From: Callorhinchus milii
Taxonomy: Eukaryota
Reading direction: 5' to 3'
Assembly (NCBI RefSeq): GCF_018977255.1
Contig: NW_024704743.1
Location: 108,626,001-108,690,000 of the forward strand
DNA length: 64,000 nucleotides
Each line of letters begins with the position of its first letter. The stretch's first letter is position 1. This document shows positions 1 to 12,278 of this stretch, one piece after another. A program made the translations under genes and the position numbers. The notes beneath the pieces were generated by a model. The model did not search any database. It had not been told where the DNA came from and was given only the letters and a program-made list of their open reading frames with translations.

Positions 1-2539
1 TCATTTTCTTGTTTGCAGCTGCATCATGGAGTCGCACTGCAGCCGATTTGGCCACATTGGAAAATAATTACGCAGCTGAATAAGCATCAATTACTTTATT
101 TTTTTTAACAAGTTCATCATTTTTGCCGCTTAGTTTTAGCTGTGAAATAATAACTCTGATTTGTTTCGCCCTCTGACACTTTAGAGCTGAAATACCGAAC
201 AAGCGGCATCTCACGGTTAAATCTATCATTCAATTCACAACAATTGTAATGTCGCCCCTTAAACAGATAATGTTTTTTTCAAATGCATTAATTCTAACAT
301 ATTTGTAAGGATTGAAGATAAATGTAGGAACATTTATATGTGTTCTGAAGCAATGTGAAGGAGAAATCGCAGGTTCAGCTGAACACGGCTGTAATATTTG
401 TAAAAACGAGGACTGGTTAAATTGGGACTTCCAGCTCCATAATACAGGTTTGAGCAGATCTATCTCTTCCAGGCATTCGGGTGGCACAGATATGAGATGG
501 ATACATTTTAAAAGCAACAATTTGATAATTCATCATTTTAATTCACAGCAGCGAGTGTCGAGGCGTTGTGATTCACATTTATATAAAAGCAGGGAAAATC
601 CGACCTGTGTCTGTAAGATTCTTTTATTTCAGTTAAACGTTTGATTTTTCTTCCACTGCACAGTGTTTTTTTTTACCTGCTAAGTACCCACACAATGTAT
701 GTTCGACGTTATTCGTGTTTTCGAGACCATATTAAGTTGAGGGTCAGAATTGGATTCACCCACCGCTTTGAACAATAAATACTGGATTCAGAACGAGAGA
801 GAAAAAAATGAAAATAAGTCGATATCTACAATATGAAGTCAAAATCCGCCTGACTAATCTTTACAGTTAATTGATCCTTTCATCTATCGACTTTTTTTTT
901 ACAAAGCTGCTTCAGATAATGATTACAATTGCGAGATTGAAAGCTGCTCAGTCAGATGCTCACGTTTCCTGTTGTCTTCCCTGTGCAGCTCATTACATAC
1001 ATTCCACTAGTCGGTAGGTGTTAGAAGCTGCATCCGATTCCCTGGTCTCTATCTTTCTCTTTCTCTCGCTTTCTGGGAGACTTTAAACACTTTCCTCACT
1101 GACACCTACTGGAGGAGCAACGCAACAGATCGCCCTCTCTGCAGCATCGCAAAAAGGTTCGATCACGTATGGAAAACGCTGTGTGGAAAATTCTTGCAGT
1201 GTCTGTGTGGAAGTGCTTTCACGTCTGCTTTTCAACTAATCAATTCCACCTCGATACTCACAGAAAGGACACAGAAATTGCCAGCAACGCGGAAACGTGA
1301 CCACATCCCCTCTAAATTATAATGTTACGGATACGCACTGTCACTCGCACTAAAAGCACAAGGTTCATTCGTTTACCGGTAGAGTTGTTTTGTTTGCAGA
1401 AGCAGAAACCTAAATGATTTGCGGCGATGCATTTACAGTGCTTTTATCTGTATGAAGACATTCATACATTCAACTTTCAATCATATGAGGACACACACAC
1501 TGCCATTGAATAATTCTGAGTCGGTGACACTTTAGGGAACATTTACGCAACCAGTTCGCATGTAGATATTAGACTGAGTTTAGAACATACCAATGTTTGA
1601 TTTCAGGTTTTCAACCTCACTTCAGAAAGTAAGTAATTCTACTGCATTATTTAGATCCAGACTGAGGTAAACACTGCAATATTTACTTCTAGACTCCAGC
1701 GATTCGACTCGTGCTTTTTGCGCAATTGTATAAATAATTGAAATCAGAAAGATAACATCTTTTCACCCGGTCTCTGCTTTCATCTTATACGACTGCAGCA
1801 TCCATTCTTTGTAGTGAGTATGTCTGTGAGATGGTACCAACAAATCTGTAATTATTTTTCTGCTTTTATCGTCATTTGTATTGTATTTGTAAGGTGCATG
1901 TTGTCCATTTTATTTTATTTTTAAAATTTTTTTTTAAAAAGTGACTAAGGCGATTAATTCTTTCCCCTCAAATCAATCCCAAAATTTGCCAAACAATTTT
2001 TCATGAAGACAGTACCCTTTTAAATGGTTCAAAACCTGTTTTGATCTTTCTCTGCAATAAACCCGTGCCACTGCTATGGGTTTTACAAGTGAAATGAAAA
2101 ATAAAACGTTTTCAATCATTGCTTCTTCCAGAATTTTGCCAAGTGATAGAAATAAATGATTACTGCACGTCCTAAATTAGTCTTCAAACAGTAATTATAG
2201 ACGGGCTTTGTGATCCCATTAGAGACGCTTGTGACTAGGGCTCACGAAGAGATCAATGCGTTACAGTATTCCTTATACAGAAGTTTGTAACTGTGAGGTT
2301 CACTGGAACCAATAAACACAGCACAACAGAAAGTGGGGCAGAGAAAACGGGTGATAACAGTGATAATTATCACATCACACTCACAATTTCCTTGTTGCAA
2401 TTGCAGTAGACACGTAAATTATCTGTTTTCAACTTGAGCGACTGAAGATAAGATTGGCCACACTTAACAAAATCAGATCCAAGACAATAATGCAGTGGGC
2501 GATGGTCCAAGATGCATATTGGCATGACAATGAATAAAG

Positions 2540-3030
2540 CATAAGAACATAAGAACATAAGAATTAGGAGCAGGAGTAGGCCATTCGGCCCCTCGAGCCT
2601 GCCCCGCCATTCGATAAGATCATGGCTGATCTTCAGGCCTAACTCTAATTACCTGCCCTATCCCCATATCCCCTAATCTCTCTATTTTTATAAAACCTAT
2701 CAATCTCAGCCTTGAAGATGTTCAAGGACTGAGCATCTACAGCCTTCTGGGGTAGTGAATTCCATAAATTCACTACCCTCTGAGTGAAGAAATGTTTCCT
2801 CAACTCTGTTCTAAAAGGCTGACCCTTATTTTAAGACTGTGATCCCTGGTTATAGATTCTCCTACCAGAGGAAACAGACCCTCAGGTCTACTTTATCCCG
2901 CCCTTTAAGAATCTTATATGTTTCAATAAGATCCCCCCTAATTCTTCTGTACTCGAGAGAATACAGCCCTAGTTTATTCAGTCTATCCTCATAGGTCAGT
3001 CCCCGCATCCCAGGAACTAACCTAGTGAAT
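2540..3030 (-). mobile_element. CR1-type LINE 3' fragment, (ATGTTCTT)n tail
   Basis: Begins cataagaacataagaacataagaattaggagcaggagtaggccattcggcccctcgagcc, a typical reverse-complemented CR1 3' end, followed by RT C-terminal remnant. Confidence 0.85.
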
Positions 3031-3848
3031 GAGCAATACATTTGGATGAAAGATATTTGGGCTCTAAAGCTTTCATATTTTTAGACATGGAGGTCCATTT
3101 TCTTAAAATGTAAGATCGTGAGGAATTTTTTACAGCAATTTTGAATTTAACCGTGATTTGGAAGTTGATTTTCTTTTTGGGTACTGCAGAAATCAGCTTC
3201 AAATTTAAGACTGAATTTCAAACTCTTTTGCAAAATTCCTTGTGATCTTGAGGTTTTTAAGTCAATGATCCTAAGCCTAAGAGCATGAGACATTTGAGTT
3301 TCTTGGTCATGAGGGGATTTGCAGTCAGGGTTTTCTTTAAAGTTAATTTGTTTTCTTTAATCAGACTCTAAACCAGATTTTTACTGATGCAGGTAATCTA
3401 GTATGTCTGCTCAAGGTAATGGTTACAGTCAGTCATGCACAGGTGAGTACATTTGTGATAAGTCTTTCCGGGGCTCGCTAAAATGAAAACACAGAGCTAT
3501 ACATTGAAACTTTCAATAAAGATACAACTATCTGCAGTATGACTTGTACATGTCTTTAATGTTTGCAATACATTTCCAGGCATCTGCCAAGCAAATCCTA
3601 TTAGTTGAAATAATGGCTAAGAACCATAAGCCCCGAACTCACCTCTGTTGGTCTTCTCGAATGCTTCAATACCACTAGCGTGCCATAACAATATTCTACA
3701 TGTATCCTCACCAGTGATCCATACAAAGAAGAATATCCTCTTTCTCCTTATAGACAAATGCACTCAAGAAGCAACCTGAAGTTTGATTTGCTTTATTAAC
3801 ATCAACATCATATTATTTAAAATCTTCAATGAGTACTCAATGGAAAAT

Positions 3849-4044
3849 TTCTCCCAATGTCTTGGCCAGGAATATGTTTATCATGGTATTATAGCAGTTT
3901 GTGCGAGATTGCTGTGCACACAGTGACTGCCAAGTTTGCCTACCAAGTAGAGAGTCACTACACTCCGCAATAAATCGTATGCAGTGTTTTGAGGTGTCTT
4001 GAAGATATGACAAGGCGCTATATCAAATGCAAGAATTATTATTA
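3849..4044 (+). mobile_element. DeuSINE 3' half
   Basis: gtcttggcca...gtttgtgcgagattgctgtgcac...aaggcgctatatcaaatgcaagaattattatt. Confidence 0.7.
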
Positions 4045-4719
4045 TGAATAACAACAGCTAAATTCCATTCCCTTTCCATCTCTGCAAATGGACATCCCTT
4101 AATTTTTCATGCATTTTTAATATTTCTTAATCCAATAAGCATTACTTTCACTGATGTAAATTAACTTGCACCTGTCATCCCTTCAGCAAGCTATTTAATT
4201 GTCAAACTGATGGAGTGCTACAGCCCAAATAGGGATATGAAGAGAAAAAGAAAAATTAAAGTAATTAAATGAATAGAGAAAGAAGTTATCCTTACAAACT
4301 CAACAGACAATACCAATCATGTGGCACTGGAGATTATTCTATGGGAGTGTGGTTCAAAGCATAAAATCGGACTCCTTATCCCTTTACATACATGCTATCA
4401 GTGTGATATTGTCAACTGGGACAATATGTACTATTTCAATTCAGTTTTGGAAGTTAAGGGTAGAACAGCACAAGGTACTTCCAACCAGCATATTTGAAAG
4501 GAAAGGATTTTTTTTAAAAAAAGCTGAAAAACAAGAAACTGTAAATAACACAACTGGTCCTGTTAAACTCCTGTTTTCTCTTTTCAATGAAGTAGTGAAG
4601 ACTGAAGGTGGTGTGATCCTTTTATCTATCTGCCTCTTTTCAATTTTCTGGTAAATTATCTAGCAGTATATTTTATAATAATCACTTAATACAGTATTTT
4701 CAAATACTGTATCATTCAT

Positions 4720-5977
4720 ATTGTCCGGCTCGACCTCTCGGCTGTCTCCAATACCGTTGACCACTCTCTCCTTCTTCGTTGCCTCTCCTTTCACCTCAAC
4801 CTTCATGGTTCTGTCCTTGAATGGTTCAGATACCACCTCTCACACCATCTCCACTTCATCTCCTCAGATGGCTTCTCCTCTAGCCCCCGTACCGTCTCGT
4901 GTGGAGGTCCTCAGGGTTCTGTCCTTGTTCCACTCCTTTTCAATATCTATATGCTCCCTCTTAGTGACATCATCCACAGACATGGGGTCAATGTCCACAT
5001 GTATGAGGATGACACCCAAATCTATTTCTCTACCTCCACCCTCAACTCCAGGACCACTACTGTCCTGACAGAATGTCTGCCAGACATCAAGACCTGGATG
5101 AGAGCTAACTTTCTACAGTTGAACGTCAACAAGACCGAGGCCCCCCTGATTGGCTCCCATCAGCGCCTCCACACCTCAGGCACTGACCGCATCACCATCC
5201 AAGAATGCACACTTCACAAAGCCAGTCAAGAACCTTGGGATCTTGTTCGACCCTCAACTATCCTTTCTGTCCCACATCCTTTCTTTCCCACATCAGTGTC
5301 ATGACCCACTCTGCCTTACATCACCTCCGCAACAGTCACCGACTCCGCCACTGCCTCACACCGCAGGCTGCCAAGACCCTCTTACATGCATCCATAACAT
5401 CCAGACTACATCCTGCTTGTCGGCCTCCCCAACTCCTCCCCCCATAGGCTGCAGATGATCCAGAACTCTGCAGCCCATGTCCTCTCCCACACCAACCTCC
5501 ACGACCCTATACTCGCCCGACTCCATTGGCTTCCTATCATATAGAGGATACAGTTCAAGATCCTGGTCCTCACCTTCAAAGTCCTTCATGGTCTTGCTCC
5601 TCCCCTACCTCTGTGACCTCCTAACCCCAAAGCCAGTTGCCTGCACCCTCCGCTCAGCGGGCTCTGGTCTGCTTCACGTATCCCGCCTCGCCTAAGCCAC
5701 CAATGGCGGGCAGGCCTTCAGCCATTCTGCCCCCACCCTGTGGAACTCCATCCCTCAGTTCCTTCACCTCACTCCCTCCCTTGCCTTCTTCAAGACCTGT
5801 CTCAAGAACCCTACTCTTCAACGGTGCCTTCGGTCACCTTCCTTCCCCCCCTTCCCCCACCCTCCACCCTCCCCAATCCCGGCCCCTAGCTCAGGTCCGA
5901 AACATTGATTGTCCAACGCCTTGGGACATCCTCCTGATGTGAAAGGTGCAAGACAAATGTAATTTTGTTGTTGCTGT
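4720..5977 (+). mobile_element. 5'-truncated L2-type LINE (RT C-terminal half + 3' tail)
   Basis: HMYEDDTQIY (YADD box), DIKTWMRANFLQLNVNKTE, KNLGILFDPQLSF, LHWLP; tail gggacatcctcctgatgtgaaagg...(ttg)n. Confidence 0.9.
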
Positions 5978-6263
5978 TTTCAATCCTGTGCAGAATTAAT
6001 GAACCGTTCAGAATTAAATCTAAAACAGCATAGAATTTCAAAGCACAAGTCAGCAATGCTCCCAGGAAAGCAATATCGGGTTCAGAAAGAAGACATCACT
6101 TGAGGACTGAAATTTCTCATGGTCTTAGCCTTTAACACCATTATATTAACATTTAGAATATATCACATTTTAAATGGGATTGAAAAAGTAAACCAATAAC
6201 AATATTTTCAGATGCAGCAAGAGAGTAAAATAAGAGGACATAGGCTTAGAGTTGAATTCCATA

Positions 6264-6487
6264 CAGCAGTGTCCCACAAAAACTCATGGATTGAGTGACC
6301 AATTTTTTTAAAAGGGATTATTACCCCCAGAAACTGATCCATCATTCGACTCACAACCAGGTTCCTACTTAGATAGTCAGAGACTTGTGGAGTAAGGAAA
6401 CTTGCCCAAGGTTTTGCCCTACCAGGGAATCAAACCCGGGTCCTCTTGCTTGCGAGGGGAGTGCTGTAACCAATATACTACGGGACT
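6264..6487 (-). mobile_element. SINE, long subfamily, 3'-truncated
   Basis: rc of head, central segment and start of body. Confidence 0.8.
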
Positions 6488-6860
6488 GAATCATGAAGAC
6501 ATCATGATGTTTTTTTTCATCCAGGGGATAAAGAAAAGGAGAACAGGGAATAGGTTGCTAGGAAGGGTAGCTGAAGCCAAGGTGCTGGACTTAATTAAAA
6601 AGTAGCTTGATGCTGTGATGGAAACATGGTGGGATGGTATACTAGGAGGATGAAATCAAATGGATTGAAGGGCCTTCTTCATTCAAACCAATCATGGATT
6701 TTGTGAAATTGGTCATTCGCTTTTTGTCTGTGCACGAACCAACTGCCTTGATTGCCTATAAAAACACCCACTGCGCTTGACACTTATTACTGTAAAATGT
6801 TTTGAGTCATTTCAACATGACAAGATTCAGGTTCTGGCTCTTTCGCTTTAAAATAGTAAG

Positions 6861-6879
6861 ACAGTGCCCTCTGGTGGAA
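6861..6879 (-). promoter_or_regulatory. CTCF motif
   Basis: rc = ttCCACCAGAGGGCACtgt, matching core CCASYAGRKGGCRS. Confidence 0.65.
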
Positions 6880-7348
6880 TGAGGAGCAGATTATGAACCT
6901 CAATCAAAGTTTCTGAAAGATGAGTCATAGACAGAAACACCCTGTGGACTTCAAAGCTAATATTACGTCCACAGAATGACAGTAACTATGAATGGTATTG
7001 TTCTTTGCCCCTTTGAAGTGAATCTCCCTTTTCTCTTAATCTGCTATTGCTCTTGATAAATTACATCAGAACACTACAATAAAATTTTAAAAATCGCAAA
7101 GTGCGATTGCTATAATAAGGAAAGGCGCATTTGCTAGATGGGCCTTTTATGTCAGAAGGACATCTAAAAGTACTTCACAGAATTTGCTGCCTTTCAATTA
7201 GGATGTGCAACAATAACGTAATTTATATAGTGCCTTTCACATAGGATAACATCTCGGAGCATTTGCAGTGATGGAATGGAACTCCAAGAAAGGGAGAAGA
7301 GAGAGAGGGAAGGAATAGGTGAATAGGTGACCAAAATTGAGGTCAAAG

Positions 7349-7725
7349 GTACAACAACAACAACTTGCATTTGTATAGCGCCCTTCACCCAGGGTAGTGT
7401 CTTGGAGCGCTTGACAGTGGTGGAGTCTGACCCCGAGCCAGTGGGAGGGGGAAAGGGAAGTGAGAGTTCACTGTAAGCACGATCGAAAAGGAAGGTCCTG
7501 GTCAGCGAACAGATGTGGTGTAGAAAGGAAAGCTGGGGATCGAACCTGAAGCCTAAGTTTTGAATAGGTTAGGTGGGTCTGAGGAAGAGATTGAGGAGTT
7601 CAGACCCACAGGAGAGAAGATGTTGACGGGAGCCAATGAGTATGGCTCCGTCTTGCCAACATTCAGCAGCAGGAAATTTGCACTCATCCAGGCCTTGATG
7701 TCTGTCAATATGCCGACAGGACATC
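7349..7725 (-). mobile_element. L2-type LINE fragments (tail plus internally deleted RT piece)
   Basis: (caa)n tail with cttgcatttgtatagcgcc; rc of DIKAWMSANFLLLNVGK at ~7650-7705. Confidence 0.7.
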
Positions 7726-9859
7726 AGTGGACATGGGAACTTTGCCACCCACCTGATCAGGCAGACAGGACCTCAGTTTAATGACACATCCGAATGATAG
7801 CACCTCCAACAATGGAGCACATCTCAGCACTGCATTGGTGTGTCAGATTAGACTATGGGACACTGCTGTGCACAATTGGCTGACACGTTTCGCCCACCAA
7901 ATATGCAGCCAATTCACTATACAATATCTTCTGTGTAGCGCTATGAGACATCTGGAAGATGTGATAAGGCACTATATTAAATGCAAGGATAATTACTATT
8001 ATTATTACAAAGGCCTGACAATGTTTTGACACAGAGGAAAGTGCTACTATATGCCAGGCTGACATCAATGAGGAATAACGACAATAAAGAACTCAATGAC
8101 AATCTTAACAAATGAGAACATGTCTCCGTCACCTCTTGTCTCACTTTACGTTCCTATATTAGAAGATGAATATTTACTGAAGCAAAACGTGAGCAGAGTA
8201 AAATGTGCAAGTCAAAAATTAGTTTGACCCTTTTTTTACGTTTTCTTCTGTATGTGTGTTGTACGTGTTCCTCTGTTGAATATTGAACAAAGTTTAGTTA
8301 AGAGTTATGCAAACTAAATCAGTTCTGCCATTACGGGCTTGCCTGGTGGAATATCCTAAATGCTTTGTTTGGTTGAACTAATTACTCTAAAGCTTTTAAT
8401 TGCGAGTTAAATGGTTAATATTTGATGGGGATTAGAATGGAGAAGGGCCCCAATTAAACTCAACTCCTACTATTCCCTAATTGATCCTTTCCTTTATTGA
8501 CAGTCCAGCTGCTGTTTGCTTTTCTTTACAACCCACGCGCACCTTTGCAGCATGGCTGCATGTGTGCGTGAATTGCTCTTTTTGCCACTTTCCCCTCCTC
8601 TGCCATGACCTGTAGCACAGGGCCTGCAATTGATGCTGGATCTGGCCTTTTAACCAGATCTAGTCATAGCCTCCCCCGTGCTCCTCTCCCTGAAAATGGA
8701 AAGCACCAAACCTGTGTGGGAGGGTTTGAAGAGCTCTTCAGTTGAAGTAAATACTTTCAACAGAACGCCTCCACAGTGCTTTTAATTTGTTTTCTTATTT
8801 GTGTTCATAAATACAAGCTGTAGTGATGGTTGGGGGAGGAAAGAAAGAAGAGAATACCATAAACAGGTTTAACCTTTGTGGAGAAGGGAAGGAATTTAAT
8901 GGCTGCCACCAAATGTCAAGTCATCCCTTACCCCAAGCTTTCCTGACTGGGTTAGATTTATTCTCATAAAGAAACAATCTGTTTTAAACAAATAATAGTT
9001 AATGAATATAAGAGCTATATTTTCTCCTTCTAATCCAAGAGACATGGAATCCAATTGTAGTGGCCTTATTGCCATTCTTACCAAAATAAATTCATTGTTG
9101 AGACCCGGCGATACAGAGAGGAAGCACATCATCACATATGGAGGCACTCAGGAAATTGTTTTTCCAGGTTTATTCTGAAAATGGTGCTAGACAACTGCAT
9201 TAAGAACTTAAAGGACTGAAGATGATGACTGGAGAAATTATACAAAAAACGCAGGATTTCATTTGAAAAGGCTTTAATAAGCAGAAATATGTGGTCATTT
9301 TAATACATAGAAACAGTAACTAATTTTATTAATTAAACTGTTAATACATTAAGTCCTGTGTACGTTTAATCTCCAGATAATGTTGATATGAAAATGATAC
9401 TCAGGCATGGTGCCAATCAAGGATGCCCTTGCTATCAATCCTGCTAAGCCATTGGAGCTTTGATGAGTGGGCTCACTGCACTCCATACAGTGGCTGATTA
9501 ATAATAATAATAATCCTTGCATTTGATATAACACTTTATCACGTCTTCGAGATGTCTCAAAGTTTCCAGATGATTTCAGTGTAATGACGCTTCAAGTGTC
9601 TTCTCACAGCTACAGGAGCCCGAGCTACAGCTGGGGGAACTAAGGAAATAAGTGAGGAGGGGTGATCAAAAGTGTGGTTGTAAAGACAGCTCGTTGAAGA
9701 TATACGGAGGGAGGTGATGAGGTTTAGGAACTCCTGGATGGAGTTCCAGGTGGGCACAGAATGGCTGAAAGCTCACCCACCAATGGTATGACAGATGTGT
9801 GGGAGACATGAAGCAAGCTGGTGATCAACCGATCGGGCCGGGCCTCACAGTTCACCGCC

Positions 9860-11275
9860 AGCTGTGGCTCGAGCAACTTCAAACCTACCTCTACTCCCTC
9901 TCGCAAACCAACACTAACAACAAAAACAGAAGTCGCTGAGAACACTCAGCAGGTCAGGCAGCATCTATGGAGAAAGGAAAATGAGTCAACGTTTCGGGTC
10001 CACTACCCATTTTGAAGGGTAAAGCCTGACTTTCTGAGTGTTCCCAGTGACTTCTGTTTTTGTTTTCAGATTTCCAGCATCTGCAGTATTTTGCGTTTTG
10101 ACTGCATTCTACTCACAGGTGATTCTGGAGGCCCAAAACAACTCCAAAATCCTGTTCTCCACCAGCCACCACCTACTCCACGTGCCCCATCAAGCACCCT
10201 TGCGAATGCCAAGTTCAAAGAGGTCTTGGATTTCTTGATCTCCAAAATAGATAACATCTGCCTGGCCGCCTCCTCCTCCTGCCCCATGCCTTCCACCACC
10301 CCATCCCCCCACCCATCGCTTCTCCATCCCCCACTCCTCTTCCCACAGGCCCCAACCTACACTCCTTTGCCCCAATCTCTCCTTCCTTCCTCTCATCCTC
10401 TCATCCTCCATCACCCAGATGAAACCCACCCCTGCTGCCCCACCCAGCGGATCACACCCAAATCTACTTCTCCTCCAGCTGCGACTCCCAATTCACTGAT
10501 GTCTGTCAGCTTGTATGATGGACATCAATGCCTGGATAGCACAAATTTCCTGCAGCTGAATGTCAGCATACTCTTTGGCTTCCGTCAAAGTTTTTTCTCC
10601 TGTGGGTCTGAACTCCTCAACCTCCCCAGGGCTCTCCTTCAGACTCTCTGAACCTATGGCATCTTAGGTGTCAGGTTCGATCCCCAGCTTTCCTTTCTAC
10701 CCCACATCCATTCCCTGATCAGGACCGCTTTTTTCCACTTCCACCACATTGTCTGCCTCCATCAGTACCTCATGACCGATGCAGCTGAAACCCTCATTCA
10801 TGCCTTTGTCACTTCCCAGCTGAACTATTCTAATTCCTTCTCGCTGGTCTCCCAAGCTCTACCATACACAAAATTCAATTAATTCAAAACTCCGCTGTCC
10901 AGATAATCACCTGCACAAAACTCAATACCCCCATCACACCAATCCTAGCCAGGCTCCACTGGCTACCAATCACTGAACGGATCGATTTCAAGATCCTCTC
11001 ATTCGTTTTCAAATCCCTTCATGCCCTCACACCTTCCTATCCATTCGACTTGTTTAACCCTTACTCCACCTCCACGGGCTGGTTCTGCTCGGCTGGCTCC
11101 AGCCTCTTGTTTATGCCTCATGCCCTCCATTCCACCATCAGTGGCCATGCTTACAGCCACTACTCCCCAAAACTCTGGAACCCTCTCCCTCAATCTTTCC
11201 GCCTTGCCCCCTCCCTCCCCACCTTCAAATTTTTTTTGATCGTGCTTACTGTCACCTTTGCCCTCCCTCTCCCCC
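9860..11275 (+). mobile_element. Internally deleted L2-type LINE, interrupted at 9916-10100
   Basis: TAFYSQVILEAQNNSKILFST, NFLQLNVS, ETLIHAFVTS, RLHWLPI, PKLWNPLP remnants. Confidence 0.85.
9916..10100. mobile_element. Short palindromic insertion, probably Penelope-like element derived
   Basis: 39-bp inverted repeat 9921-9959 / 10024-10062; flanked by ACT direct repeat; L2 reading frame resumes across it; resembles recalled shark Penelope terminal sequence (ctcagcaggtcaggcagcatct...aacgtttcgggtc; tttccagcatctgcagta). Confidence 0.65.
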
Positions 11276-11611
11276 TGGCCTGTTGTCAGATCCGCCACTG
11301 TAAAAACTGCAGAGTGACTGTTTAATATTCACTGCTTGGTGTTAATTGGATTGAGAAATTATTGGATCAAAAATTAAATTTTCCATGAAACGTGGCTTTC
11401 TATTTAAATTTGATGCCAGACTATTTTCCCTTCTTTATCACAGTCAACACTGAGGCATATTTATTAAGCCCATGTGATTCATTTCCATTTGTTAAAGCAC
11501 ACCCTTAGGAACAACATTTGAGGATTTCAAGTTGCAAAATACAATTTATATTTTAACAGAAGCAGAAGACTGATGAACAGAATCCAAACAAGACTAAAAT
11601 TATTTAGTGGT

Positions 11612-11990
11612 GGAGTACTGTAGCTTGGAGGTTAGATCACATGCCTTTGACAAGCGAGAGGACCTGGGTTTGATTCCCAGGCAGGGGAAATGTTAGGAAA
11701 ATTTCCTTGCTCCACACGCCTCTGTTTACCAAGCAGTAAGTAGGAACTCAGTTGTTAGTCGATTGGTGGATCACTTTTCTGGGGGTAATAATCCCTTCAA
11801 AAATAATGATAATAATAATTTGGTCATTCAATCCACGACTGTTTGTGGGATACTGCTGTGCGCAATTGGCTGCCACGTTTCGCCCACAAAATATACAGTC
11901 AATTCACTTTACAGTATTTTCTGTGAAGCGCTTTGAGACGTCTCGAAGACGTGATAAGGCGCTATATCAAATGCAAGGATTATTATTATT
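11612..11990 (+). mobile_element. SINE, long subfamily (extra ~60 bp central segment)
   Basis: Same head and tail plus ctgtttaccaagcagtaagtaggaactcagttgttagtcgattggtggatcacttttctggggg. Confidence 0.9.
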
Positions 11991-12054
11991 TTTATATGTG
12001 TCATTTTTATACACAGTGAGCTATCTATGCAAAAGTACTTTGTGTAAATCTGTC

Positions 12055-12278
12055 TTGGACTAGTTGGTCCAAATGGCCTCTTTCCATGCCATAGAGTTCT
12101 ATGTAATTCATAATTCCATGTAATTCTATAGATAATTATTTCTGGAGGACAAGTTTGCAGGACTGTGGGGAGAGAGCAGAGAAGTGGGATTGATTTGAAT
12201 AGCTCTTTTCAAGGAGCCGACACAAACATGATGGGCCAAATGGTCTCCTTCTGTGCTGTAAAATTCTATGATTCTATA
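12055..12278 (+). mobile_element. Two adjacent CR1 3' ends
   Basis: 12130-12278 closely resembles the CR1 3'UTR at 20660-20810 including the attctatgattctat tail; a second tail remnant lies just upstream. Confidence 0.75.

Noticed and set aside
1597..1634. 22-nt micro-exon (tttcag|...aaa|gtaagt)
   Set aside because: Weak pyrimidine tract and no supporting gene structure; such matches are common by chance.
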